Positions 28,791 to 43,048 of a DNA stretch of 64,000 nucleotides are shown in pieces. The stretch is taken from the NCBI GenBank assembly GCA_964016885.1, contig OZ024741.1:298716001-298780000 (forward strand), given 5' to 3'. Made by a program: the position numbers and the translations under genes. The stretch's first letter is position 1. Each line of letters begins with the position of its first letter. The notes beneath the pieces were generated by a model, which saw only the letters and a program-made list of their open reading frames with translations, was not told the DNA's origin and searched no databases. Source of the stretch: Eledone cirrhosa (Eukaryota).

Positions 28791-29540
28791 CTTTCTGGAG
28801 AATAGAGGAAAGGTGTTTCCTCAAAAACCAGTATGACTCTAAAAACCGGTTTGTCTGTGTGTTTACATACAGAATAGCTGGACACTCACAGTAAAGTGAC
28901 CAGTGAAAAACTTGGTACATCTACATATGTATACGTGTGTGTATTCATATGCATACTAGTATTTCAGTATACATATGTGGATGTACATTTTTAACTTAAT
29001 TGTTTAAGCGTCAGTCATACAAAAGTGAGTTACAAACGAAACGAAATTTAATTTCGTTTCGTTATTTGTTTTTATCGTCTCCGTTGAACCGGTACGTACT
29101 CACACTCTATGCAAATTAGTCTGCCCACTACTAATTTTCATAGAAAAAGCATATAACGATATGTGCTTTTACGATTCTCCAGAAAGGCCGGAAGATAGGT
29201 AAATATTGCTGATGAGTTGTAACAACAACGAAACTAGTTCAATATTCCTTGTCTGGCTTTCTGGAGAATAGAGGAAAGGTGTTTCCTCAAAAACCAGTAT
29301 GACTCTAAAAACCGGTTTGTCTGTGTGTTTACATACAGAATAGCTGGACACTCACAGTAAAGTGACCAGTGAAAAACTTGGTACATCTACATATGTATAC
29401 GTGTGTGTATTCATATGCATACTAGTATTTCAGTATACATATGTGGATGTACATTTTTAACTTAATTGTTTAAGCGTCAGTCATACAAAAGTGAGTTACA
29501 AACGAAACGAAATTTAATTTCGTTTCGTTATTTGTTTTTA
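28791..29540 (+). mobile_element. non-coding tandem element (466-bp period, about 1.6 units) with a hammerhead; retrozyme-like or non-autonomous PLE
   Basis: 28791-29074 is repeated at 29257-29540, the HHR lies between the copies, and the 3' end runs into (TA)n. Confidence 0.8.
29202..29246 (+). ncRNA. minimal type I hammerhead ribozyme
   Basis: AATATTG-CTGATGA-GTTGT(aaca)ACAAC-GAAA-CTAG-TT-CAATATT. 7-bp stem I, 5-bp stem II, palindromic stem III AACTAGTT; predicted cleavage after 29239. Confidence 0.9.
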
Positions 29541-29547
29541 TATATAT

Positions 29548-29655
<108 letters not shown>

Positions 29656-29851
29656 GTTTCTACTTTAGGCACAAGGCCAGCAATTACCCAGTGCATTACT
29701 GGTACTTTATTTTATCGACCCCGTAAGGATGAAAGGCAAAGTCAACCTCGGCGGGATTTGAACTCAGATCGTAAAGGGACGTGTATATATATATATATAT
29801 ATATACATACTACTGTACGTCTGTATACATATATGTATGTACGTGTACATA

Positions 29852-29904
<53 letters not shown>

Positions 29905-29910
29905 TATATG

Positions 29911-30247
<337 letters not shown>

Positions 30248-30267
30248 ATAATATATTTATATACATA

Positions 30268-30426
<159 letters not shown>

Positions 30427-31921
30427 GTGTGTGTATGTGTGTGTGTGTATGGACGTGCGTGTGTACGCGTGTGTGGACCTACGCCGCTTAGTTTGTGCTG
30501 TAATTTAGTGGTTTGATAAATACAAATCTATGAAAAGAATATCACTCTTATAGTAAGGATGTATACACACTCTATTTATATATATATACTCATAATTTTT
30601 GTGAGCTCATGCGTGTGTGCTTCTCGAGTTGGATTAAAATGCTTTGCATCAGTTAATCCAACTCCTTTTCATATATTGATTTTATCTTTCATCATATATA
30701 TGCACATTGGTTTTCATCCTTCAGAATTCGGTCGGTTGAAGCTGTACTGTTATAACGCCCTAAGTGACGCCTCGTGTATCTCTTACAGTCATCTGGACCA
30801 TAACCATGGCATAGAAATTAGCAACGTGCATCCTTGTGATACTGTCGCCCTTCCTTTGGAAGGAGCGCTTCTACATGTGTATGTGCTTGTATGTGTACGC
30901 ATATGTACGTATATAAAGTTGACTGAGTTCATGCGTGCGCTTGCATACACAAGTCTACGCCTACACACATAACAGGTATGTCATTGTAGGTCCCAATGCT
31001 GGTCAGATCGTACGGACGTATACACCTTGTCGCAAATAGACAATAATATATAAGCCCTCCGACCACAGCCATCGTCTGCTGTACACCACGATCTTCATGA
31101 CCCCATAGCTTTGTACAAAAAGAGGCACACACGAACATATTTATTCCCCTTAATGTTTATCTCTCCTCCGGTAAGTCTTCAACACATGAGCTTCGTTCTG
31201 AAACGCTCACTCTCCAATATAGCTGACTACCAAAGACACGTACTTTACTTCTATCTGATTTTTCTCGTTTTCTTTATTTTTCCACTCGCATTTTTTCAAG
31301 TTTTTTTCCTCTTTTTTCACTCTCATCTACCCTCATATTTCTTCTATCTCTGATTCTATCTTTCGATGAAAGACCAATGTCCGAAACGTTAAGGCCCTTT
31401 TCATAATATATCAAGTGTTAAACTAATATATATTCCCATATTGTGAGATATGTGGTTCTCATTGTTTTTGGAAAGTGGTAAAATGTAAATAAAAAATACA
31501 AGAGTGAAAATTAGAATAGATAATAGTAAAAAATCAAACAAAAAAAAACAAGAAACAAAGACAAAACAAAAACAAAACAAAACCCTTCATGACATTTTGA
31601 GGTTATGATCTCGAAATATCTCGAAATAGAAGGTTTAAACTGTTGTTTCGCTTCCTTTCTTCGCTGTACTATAATTTTTACGCCTGCCCATCAAATTTCC
31701 GTTGTACGAGCTTCCCAAAGTTAGTTTCTGATTTCCGTTGGAGTGGATGCTGTTTTAATGTGTTAAACGTTATGTTTTCGTAACAGGGTAATTGTATTTT
31801 TCGTTGGGTAGGGCTGTGTAAGAATTATGTATGTATAAGTTTATCCCGGGTTCAATCAGGAGTAACCACAGAAAGTAAGGTACTCAATACATGGCAGAGT
31901 ATAAACATTTAATATAGAGAT

Positions 31922-31972
31922 GGCTTCAACCGGACTAGAACTGTTTCCTTCGGAAGAAATCATCAGGAAGCC
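31922..31972 (-). ncRNA. type I hammerhead ribozyme
   Basis: Minus strand GGCTTC-CTGATGA-TTTC(ttcc)GAAG-GAAA-CAG(ttctagtc)CGG-TT-GAAGCC with a 6-bp stem I. Sister fragments at 31993-32017 and 56304-56410 restore stem III as CAG/CTG followed by TA. Confidence 0.72.
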
Positions 31973-32016
31973 CTGCTTCATTTCTCCCGAATGAAACAGT
32001 TCTAGTCCTGTAGACG

Positions 32017-32154
<138 letters not shown>

Positions 32155-32357
32155 CTTTGTCAGTGTTGAACAAACGAGCAACGATGGTTGCTAGACACTG
32201 CGGCTTAATACGGGATGTTTGTTTACAAACACACCGAGCATTATAATAAATGTTCGGTGAATCCATACGTACATATATATATGTGTGCATCTATGTATAT
32301 ATATATATATACATACTACTGTACATCTGTATACATATATGTATGTACGTGTACATA

Positions 32358-32409
<52 letters not shown>

Positions 32410-32412
<3 letters not shown>

Positions 32413-33422
32413 ACGAACATGACACTCTGGTATCTCTGGTTGTCGTACCATGAGGTGGCTTTCCCTATATTATGCCTAGCCCTATCTAAGCTATTCCATG
32501 ATTTGCTCCTATATAATGGGCAAATTCTTTCATGTCCAGTTCTATGAGGATCTTATACGTCTCCGTGGCTCCTTCGTATACTCTGATTCTGTCTCTTTGG
32601 TTGTAGCTAGAGAACTGCATGCGGTTGATGAAGTGTTGGATGTGTCTTTCCATTTCTGTTGGGTCGCACATGCGGGACACGTTCTTCATCACTCGTACCA
32701 AGTCTGCCATCAGAATATTAAACTTAGCACTACTGGACATTGCTGAGTTTTTGAGTATCATGTATTTGGAGGCCATGGGTTTAGCATAGTGTGAGTGGAG
32801 AATTTGGGCTCTCTCGTCTATAGTGTTAATCCAGAGTTCCGTGTCTAATACAGGTAGTCTATTTTTAGGGTGTTTGGAAGGGTAGTCGATAGTTACAGTT
32901 ATACTCTGGTGTATGGAAATAGCTATCTGCTGGATGCTTTCCAGTGTGGTACGTTCTAAATCAAACTTGTTAGTGCTCTCTTGTGGGGATGTCCTTATTA
33001 CTATATTGATATCGTCTACGTAACGAGAGTACATGATGAGGTCTATGGAGCTCTCATTAAGGATATCTATAAGTCTCCTTTCCCACCGTACCATAAAAAG
33101 GTTGGCAACATCACCAGCTATGCTGACGCCAATAGCTGCTCCCTCATTTTGGGTGTAGATCTTCTCGTTGAACTTGAATATGTGGCCCTTTAGGGTAGTT
33201 TTGATACTAGCCCTTATTGTATGTGCGACCATTTTTCTTACCTGATCATTGTTTTGGGGGGTCCATATAGCTTTGGTCCATCCAATCCACCTTCCCATGA
33301 GAGTCTTTTAGCCATTGAGGTTATGGTCGGGGGTCAACCTCTTATGGGTCTACTGGGGCAGAAACGTCTAAGATCATGGCCGTCTAGGTAGTCAGTGTCG
33401 TAGGTAAGTCTAAGTAGGAGGC
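32410..33422 (-). mobile_element. PLE RT fragment, inverted copy of 34239-35455 without the SINE
   Basis: ORF 32486-33298 contains YTQNEGAAIGVSIAGDVANLFM, RYVDD and LPVLD; (TA)n on both sides. Confidence 0.92.
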
Positions 33423-33425
33423 CAT

Positions 33426-33998
<573 letters not shown>

Positions 33999-34670
33999 TA
34001 TATATATATATATGTATATAGTTTTGCGAGGTTTTTTATATGAAATCGTGTGTCGAAACACATATTGTTATACTTGGGGAACCTATCCCAAAACAGGAAC
34101 CTATCCAACTGCATAATAGGCAGCATGGATGTGGTATCACTGTACCCATCCATTAACATTGATTTTGCTGTGGAAAAATGTGTGGAGATGATCATTGAGA
34201 ATGAGGTGGAGTTCTGCGACGTCGACACAGACGAACTGGGCCTCCTACTTAGACTTACCTACGACACTGACTACCTAGACAGCCATGATCTTAGACGTTT
34301 CTGCCCCAGTAGACCCATAAGAGGTAGACCCCCGACCATAAACTCAATGGCTAAAAAGACTCACATGGGAAGGTGGATTGGGTGGACCAAAGCTATATGG
34401 ACCCCCCAAAACAATGATCAGGTAAGAAAAGTGGTCGCACATACAATAAGGGCTAGTATCAAAACTACCCTAAAGGGCCACATATTCAAGTTCAACGAGA
34501 AGATCTACACCCAAAATGAGGGAGCAGCTATTGGCGTCAGAATAGCTGGTGATGTTGCCAACCTTTTTATGGTATAGTGGGAAAGGAGACTTAAAGATAT
34601 CCTTAATGAGAGCTCCATAGACCTCATCATGTACTCTCGTTACGTAGACGATATCAATATAGTTATAAGA

Positions 34671-34856
34671 TGGGCGGTGGATTGGCAGTATCGGTAGAGG
34701 GTCGGACACTATGCTTTCCAGCATAGTTACGCCCCTTTACGGTCTGAGTTCAAATCCCGCCGAGGTTTACTTTGCCTTTCATCCTTACAGGGTCGATAAA
34801 ATAAAGTACCAGTAATATACTGGGTAATTGCTGGCCTTGTGCCTAAAGTAGAAACA
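34671..34856 (+). mobile_element. family A SINE inserted in the PLE RT
   Basis: 15-bp TSD AATATAGTTATAAGA (34656-34670, 34857-34871). The empty site is visible in the inverted copy near 33000. Confidence 0.93.
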
Positions 34857-36258
34857 AATATAGTTATAAGAACATCCCCACAAGAGAGCACTAACAAGTT
34901 TGATTTAGAACGTACCACAATGGAAAGCATCCAGCAGATAGCTATTTCCATACACCAGAGTATAACTGTAACTATCGACTACCCTTCCAAACACCCTAAA
35001 AATAGACTACCTGTATTAGACACGGAACTCTGGATTAACACTATAGACGAGAGAGCCCAAATTCTCCACTCCCACTATGCTAAACCCATGGCCTCGAAAT
35101 ACCTGATACTCAAAAACTCAACAATGTCCAGTAGTGCTAAGTTTAATATTCTGATCGCAGACTTGGTACGAGTGATGAAGAACGTGTCCCGCATGTGCGA
35201 CCCAACAGAAATGGAAAGACACATCCAACACTTCATCAACCGTATGCAGTTCTCTAGCTACAACCAAAGAGACAGAATCAGAGTATACGAAGGAGCCACG
35301 GAGAAGTATAAGATCCTCATAGAACTGGACATGAAAGGAATTTGCCCATTATACAGGAGCAAATCATGGAATAGCTTAGATAGGGCTAGGCATAAGATAG
35401 GGAAAGCCACCTCATGGTACGACAACCAGAGATACCAGAGTGTCATGTTCGTGGACGCTACCCCTGGAAGAAAATTAGCCAACCAGTGTAGAAAGGCCCT
35501 CAGAAAGACCCACTTAAAGATTAAGGTGGTAGAAAAGCCAGGAACCAGCATAAAATCCCTGATCAGCAAAACCTACCCTTTTAAGAAAACCCACTGGACT
35601 AATAGGAAATGTATCATATGTAAGGTAAACCCCTGGATAAACTGTAAAACTAGAAACGTAGTCTATAGCATAAGATGTACAGAGGGTACTTGCAGAAACA
35701 TGACAACAACATACATAGGCGAGACAGCTCGTAGCATAGGTGAAAGGATAGACCAACACTGGGGGGAACTAAAAGGACGAAAAAACGGTTCAGTACTATA
35801 CGAACATGCCAGACAACAACACGACGGTAACATAGACAACATAAAAATTAGAATAATATCTAAACATAGAAATGACCCAGCAGATAGGCAAATCAGAGAG
35901 GCCAGTGAAAAAGAACTTAGAAGGCCAAGGCTAAACAGAAAAAAATGAATGGAATAACAACAACACCCAAACAAACAACACTGACCTAAGAGAAGTATAA
36001 ATAAATAAATAAATAGATAAATAAATAAATAAATACATACATAAAGCACAATAACAACAAACACATATAAACACACACTAGTAAAGATAGAATACATTAA
36101 CCAATACACAGTCACCCAATCACGAACACACATCAAACAAAACACTATACACACACTTAAACGCATGCGCAAAGACAAAATAAAATAAACAAATGAATAA
36201 ATATATAAATAGATTAAATAAAGATGGCGTAGAAAATACAATGCAACGAGAGGAAACA

Positions 36259-36312
36259 ATAGCACCACTGACGAGGTTGCAGATGTGCAACGAAAAAAAT
36301 TTGATAAACTAT
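36259..36312 (+). ncRNA. type I hammerhead, partly degenerate, in the PLE pLTR
   Basis: CTGACGA-G-GTTGCA(gatg)TGCAAC-GAAA. Stem I is ACCA/TGAT plus ATAG/CTAT; stem III is poor. Confidence 0.6.
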
Positions 36313-37690
36313 ATATATGTGTTTGTGTCTATATTGTATCTGTATTTTTGACCGTTGGTCAGTCAATGGCAACATTGAGGACCGAATAAATTAGATTACC
36401 GATATAAAAGACACAGAAGCGAAAAGCGAAAACCAACCAAACAGTGAGTGTGTTCTGTTATTAATTCTGGCAATATTACACAAATATGATCCTCCCTAAG
36501 TATAACAATATTTGTTTTGACACACGATTTCATATAAAAAACCTCGCAAAACTAATTTATCGCCGTTATGGCATTAACTTGTGCCAAGCTGAAAGGTTAT
36601 TGAAAGACACTGTTTTCTGTTATATAAAAACTACAATAACAACAGAACAAACCCGCTTCTTAAAACACTATGTTTCCTCCAAAATATACACAACAAACAT
36701 ATCAAAACAAGTAAGTAATTTATTATTGAACAAAACACAAGCTCAACGACTAAAACACACACTAACAGTTAATATGAAAAGAACAACATACACAAAAGTC
36801 AACGAACTTTACAGACAGAAACGCATTAACGGTAAGGAAGTCCAAAATCTCACCGCACCAAACGAAAGGGATGACTTCATGAGCGTCATCCGACGTGAAA
36901 CGAAATACGTCCGAAACGAATGCAATAGGCATTTCAATAAGAAATTAGAATGGATGAATAAGAAAAAAACTAGAAGAAAGGAAAATAGAATATTCTCAAA
37001 AATACCCAGATAACATTAACAATATCCGTATGACTGATGTAAAACTACCGGAAGAATTTACCAATGACCACACAGTAAATATTGATGGGAACACTTTAAT
37101 CAGTGAACAAGAACAACAAATCCTGCAGCTACCACCAAAATTTGCCATCTACAAAAAGATTAACCCTATTGAGTGCAAAACGGAGCTGGAAAAGTGTTTC
37201 ACAAAAATACGTTGGAATGCAAAAGTAAACAACAACAACAACTATACGGACAACAACAACAATAATAACGGTAGTAGTAATATAAACAATAACTCTGAGT
37301 ATAGAAATAACAGCTATAATAGTAATAGTCATAACAATAACAATAGCAGGAGAGTGAGAAATAGTAATAATGGTAATAATATTAACGATAGACAGAACAA
37401 CAACAACAACCACAATAATAATAATTTGACTAAATAGAATTAGTCTGTTAGTAGTGAGGTCGATTCTTCCACTATCTTCCTTTCTTTCGCCCTCTCTCCT
37501 TCTCTGAAAAAAAATTTGATACGTCCAGGGAAGGGATGGGCAATGCCATGTTTAAAATGCCCCGAACATACCATATAAACACTACGGTGCCCTTTTGACT
37601 TCACGAGTTCACGAGCAATTAAGGGACCTTTCCTATTATTTTCCTATACTAGTTGTAGTATGAGGTACAAAATTGCCGTTTTATCTGCAT

Positions 37691-37841
37691 TCTTCTTCTT
37701 CTTCTTCTTCTTCTTCTTCTTCTTCTTCTTCTTCTTCTTCTTCTTCTTCTTCTTCTTCTTCTTCTTCTTCTTCTTCTTCTTCTTCTTCTTCTTCTTCTTC
37801 TTCTTCTTCTTCTTCTTCTTCTTCTTCTTCTTCTTCTTCTC

Positions 37842-37920
<79 letters not shown>

Positions 37921-37948
37921 CCTCTCTCTCGCCCCCCCTCTCTCTCTG
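37691..37948. repeat. (TTC)n and (CT)n microsatellites
   Basis: Direct reading. Confidence 0.95.
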
Positions 37949-37961
37949 TATATATATATAT

Positions 37962-38245
37962 ATTTAATGTATAATAAACAATACAATATAATTACCTCTT
38001 TACCAGAGGTTTCCCGAATAAGACTAATACAAGAAACGTCCGCATTTGTTCGTCAGACAAGGCAATTAATTTGCCTTGTCTGACGAACGAATGAGGACGT
38101 TTCTTGTATTCGGCTTATTCGGGAAACCTCTGGTAAGGAGGTAATTATATTGTATTGTTTATTATACATTAAATTTAGCTCTGTAACTTACATAGAGCAC
38201 TCTTCACTCCAATGACTTTTTCAATTTTCAACGGAAACTTCAAAA

Positions 38246-38248
<3 letters not shown>
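37962..38248 (+). mobile_element. palindromic PLE 3' fragment with HHR core
   Basis: About 105-bp inverted arms centred at 38067. CTGACGA at 38080, stem II CGAATGAG/CTTATTCG, then GAAACCTC(tggtaag)GAGGTA. The tail resembles 38290-38360 (-). Confidence 0.72.
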
Positions 38249-38292
<44 letters not shown>

Positions 38293-38790
38293 AAATGAAG
38301 TAATTCCATCGGAAAAGTCCAGGAAAAAAGAGTGCTCTATGTAGGCAACAGAGCTTAATTATTATTATTATGTAATAAACAACATAAGGCAATTATTCCA
38401 TTTACCAGTGGTTTCTTAAAAGCAAAAGGTTTTGCTTTCAATCCTCAGAATGAAAAATCCTGGTTTGTTTATTGAATTTGGATTCTAAAAACAAAAATGC
38501 AATCTATATGAAAGTGAGGCTGGAAAAGGGAGAAGGAAAGGAAAAATAAAATAAAACTACACATGCAAACACACACGCAAAAAAAACACAAAAGCATACT
38601 TACACACACATACATATATACATATATATAAATGTACGCATACATATACACATATATATATATATATATAACGTACACCTACACACACATACACATATAT
38701 AAACACATATACACATTCATACATTCATACATACACACACACACACATACACACACACACACACACATATATATACATGTACATATATAC

Positions 38791-38871
<81 letters not shown>

Positions 38872-39296
38872 TACACACACACACACATGTGTGTGTACAA
38901 GCATACACATACACAAACATAGCCATACACACACACATATATATATACACATACATACATTCACACAAACATACAACGTACATACATACACATACATGAA
39001 TGCACTCCTCTACATATTCACACACGCAAATAAATATAAGAAAAAAATATATAAATATATATTAAAAAATGTTTGACACCGAAACATGCCCCAGCTAACA
39101 GGGCAGACACGCGTGGTAAGTAATACACACAAAAGCACATATACATACGTACGAAATAGTAAACACATACACACACTCTCACACATAAATATACATATAC
39201 AAATACATAAGCACGTACATACACATACATACACAAACACGCACACGTATATAATATAAACACACACATGTATATGTAATTATATACACACACACA

Positions 39297-39346
<50 letters not shown>

Positions 39347-39566
39347 CAAAAATATAAAAATATAAACGCACACACACACACACACACAAATATATACGTA
39401 AACACACATATACATACATAGCTAAACAATGATACACATGCAAATACGTATATATCAAAAGCACGCACAACCAAATACAAACACACACACACACACACAC
39501 CCACACATACATAAAAATAAATAAATAAATACACACGCACACATATACATACATACATATATATAT

Positions 39567-39612
<46 letters not shown>

Positions 39613-39887
39613 ACGTACACATACACACATGCATACACATACACACACACATATACATGTGTGTATGTGTAAAGCTCAGTATTAGATAAGACAAATGAAC
39701 CTTACATAAACGTATATATAGTAGTAAAGTAATAAAGCAACACAAGGCAATTAATCCATTCACCAGAGGTTTCTTAAAAGCAAAAAAAGTTTCCTTCAAT
39801 CTTCAGAATGAAAAAAAGCCTGGTTTATCCACATATACATACATATACACACTCAAATATACAATTATATACACACATACACACACG

Positions 39888-39935
<48 letters not shown>

Positions 39936-40215
39936 AATATATACATACATATATACATATGTATATATATATACATATATATATACACACAAAAATACAT
40001 ACACATACACATAGGTATGTGAAGGGCAAAAGAAAAAGAATGTATGGGGGGGGGGGGCATAAGAGAAGGTAAAATATAAGGGGAGGTAAGGGAGAAAAAA
40101 AATGTTTGTAAATATACAAGAGTACAGAAGGTAGAGTCAGCAAAATAAAAACCGTAGCAAAAGTAAAGAGCAGAGAAGGAGTTCAAGGCGGTTGATTTCT
40201 CATAGGAGTGTCAAT

Positions 40216-41040
40216 CTAGTTACAGATCAGATGCGATTTCAGATGAGGACAACATCTGAAGATCTCAGTCTTTGAGTTAAGGCAAGCGGAAGTGGCTCTC
40301 AAGTTTAGCAAAATCCTATACTTTTCTGTGGTGCACAAAGAACAATTCTTTGTGCCCCTTTGGTACTCCCTCGAATGGTCTAATATAGACCAATCAATAG
40401 AGTACGGGATATTACTATCCTTGAGATCCCATACCTTACTTGCGAGGGCCGTTGATGTTCGTTTATCAGAGTGCTTAAAAGAAGCGACATGTGAGTAAAA
40501 TCTGGTTTTAAACCTGTCCTGGGTCATACCGACATATCGCTCACTCCTGGCTGGTTGGTTGTTGATAACTGGCGTTATCTTAGCCTCATAAACGACAGAT
40601 TTTGTGTTACATTTACCCTGCAATGGGCAATCATCCGGCTTCCTGCAACTGCATCCTGGATTTATCCTCGTACGGTTTGAACTGGTGATTTTGGACTTCA
40701 CGGATGGGCAACAAGAGTAGCTGATCTTAACTACATTCCTATTAAAAATCTTATAATATCTATGAATAGGAGGAAAATGTTTGTCTAATAGTTCAAGGAA
40801 TTTCCTTCCTACATTAGTTTTGACAGTTAGAGAGAAGGGGGGTGTGAACCAAATAATCTTCCTTTTCCTGTTATTATGGTTAGTTTTAGGGGGGGGGGGG
40901 GAGTAGGTAAATAAGAAATTTTTTCCGTAAAACCGCTGTTCGTAAGGGCTTTATTATAATAAGGGGCGGCTTTATTAAAAATGTCTATAGACGAAGATAA
41001 GGTAGAAATCCTACGGCTAATGTTAGGAATAAGATTACTT
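40216..41040 (-). pseudogene. PLE thumb/linker and GIY-YIG endonuclease (Naiad-like), 5'-truncated
   Basis: RKIIWFTPPFS..VKTNVG..FL.LLDKHFP...KIFNRN.VKISYSC; CSC...CPLQGKC...VVYEA...YVGMT...FKTR...H...TALA...W.LK...CSLC..EK...LN...E...CPH. Confidence 0.88.
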
Positions 41041-41234
41041 TATTCTTTACTTTTGCTACGGTTTTTATTTTGCTGACTCTACCTTCTGTACTCTTGTATA
41101 TTTACAAATTTTTTTTTCTCCTTTACCTCCCCTTATATTTTACCTTCTCTTATGCCCCCCCCCCATATATTCTTTTTGTTTTGCCTTTCACATACCTATG
41201 TGTATGTGTATGTATTTTTGTGTGTATATATATA

Positions 41235-41270
<36 letters not shown>

Positions 41271-41276
41271 TATATT

Positions 41277-41342
<66 letters not shown>

Positions 41343-41419
41343 CGTGTGTGTATGTGTGTATATAATTGTATATTTGTGTGTGTATATGTATGTATATGTG
41401 GATAAACCAGGCTTTTTTT

Positions 41420-41484
41420 CATTCTGAAGATTGAAGGAAACTTTTTTTGCTTTTAAGAAACCTCTGGTGAATGGATTAATTGCC
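41420..41484 (+). ncRNA. hammerhead-like motif (mirror copy at about 39746-39810, -)
   Basis: CTGAAGA, stem II TTGAAG.AAA/TTT.CTTTTAA, GAAA; stems I and III are imperfect. Confidence 0.55.
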
Positions 41485-41617
41485 TTGTGTTGCTTTATTA
41501 CTTTACTACTATATATACGTTTATGTAAGGTTCATTTGTCTTATCTAATACTGAGCTTTACACATACACACATGTATATGTGTGTGTGTATGTGTATGCA
41601 TGTGTGTATGTGTACGT

Positions 41618-41659
<42 letters not shown>

Positions 41660-41727
41660 ATATATATATGTATGTATGTATGTATATGTGTGCGTGTGTA
41701 TTTATTTATTTATTTTTATGTATATGT

Positions 41728-41781
<54 letters not shown>

Positions 41782-42300
41782 TATTTGGTTGCGCATGCTT
41801 TTGATATATACGTATTTGCATGTGTATAATTGTTTAGCTATGTATGTATATGTGTGTTTACGTATATATATGTGTGTATGTGTGTGTGCGTTTATATTTT
41901 TATATTTTTGTATGTATATATATATATATGTGTGTGTGTGTGAATATAATTACATATACATGTGTGTGTTTATATTATATACGTGTGCGTGTTTGTGTAT
42001 GTATGTGTATGTACGTGCTTATGTATTTGTATATGTATATTTATGTGTGAGAGTGTGTGTATGTGTTTACTATTTCGTACGTATGTATATGTGCTTTTGT
42101 GTGTATTACTTACCACGCGTGTCTGCCCTGTTAGCTGGGGTATGTTTCGGTGTCAAACATTTTTTAATATATATTTATATATTTTTTTCTTATATTTATT
42201 TGCGTGTGTGAATGTGTGTATGTGTATATATATATGTGTGTGTGTATGGCTATGTTTGTGTATGTGTATGCTTGTACACACACATGTGTGTGTGTGCGTA

Positions 42301-42390
<90 letters not shown>

Positions 42391-42744
42391 TATATATGTA
42401 TATATGTACATGTATATATATGTGTGTGTGTGTGTGTGTATGTGTGTGTGTGTGTGTGTGTATGTATGAATGTATGTATGTGTATATGTGTGTATATATG
42501 TGTATGTGTGTGTAGGTGTACGTTTTATATATATATATGTGTATATGTATATATGTATGCGTACATTTATATATATGTATATATGTATGTGTGTGTAAGT
42601 ATGCTTTTGTGTTTTTTTGTGTGTGTGTTTGCATGTGTAGTTTTATTTTATTTTTCCTTTCCTTCTCCCTTTTCCAGCCTCACTTTCATATAGATTGCAT
42701 TTTTGTTTTTAGAATCCAAATTCAATAAACAAACCAGGATTTTT

Positions 42745-42810
42745 CATTCTGAGGATTGAAAGCAAAACCTTTTGCTTTTAAGAAACCACTGGTAAATGGA
42801 ATAATTGCCT
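42745..42810 (+). ncRNA. hammerhead-like motif (mirror copy at about 38386-38451, -)
   Basis: CTGAGGA, 11-12 bp stem II TTGAAAGCAAAA/TTTTGCTTTTAA, GAAA, CCA/TGG stem III with a bulge, then TA. Confidence 0.62.
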
Positions 42811-42839
42811 TATGTTGTTTATTACATAATAATAATAAT

Positions 42840-42904
<65 letters not shown>

Positions 42905-42956
42905 TGATAATCTGAACCAAGGTCCATTGAGCTCATCTATTGAGAAACATGATCAT

Positions 42957-43048
<92 letters not shown>

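Larger units (their letters stand above)
34016..37437 (+). mobile_element. Penelope-like element in partial-tandem arrangement with an inverted 5' piece
   Basis: RT (SMDVVSLYPSI, RYVDD) and GIY-YIG (CKTRNVVYSIRC...YIGET...EHARQQH...REA...LNRK) span 34090-35948. A 3' UTR with an HHR follows, then the N-terminal ORF of the next unit (36486-37437, LPPKF). 34016-34078 is the reverse complement of about 36495-36555. Confidence 0.9.
38290..42838 (-). mobile_element. Naiad-type PLE, 5'-truncated, with about 1.8-kb inverted repeat
   Basis: The ORF remnant 41040-40216 is flanked by inverted arms 38361-40169 and 41045-42838; both outer ends abut (TA)n. Confidence 0.88.
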
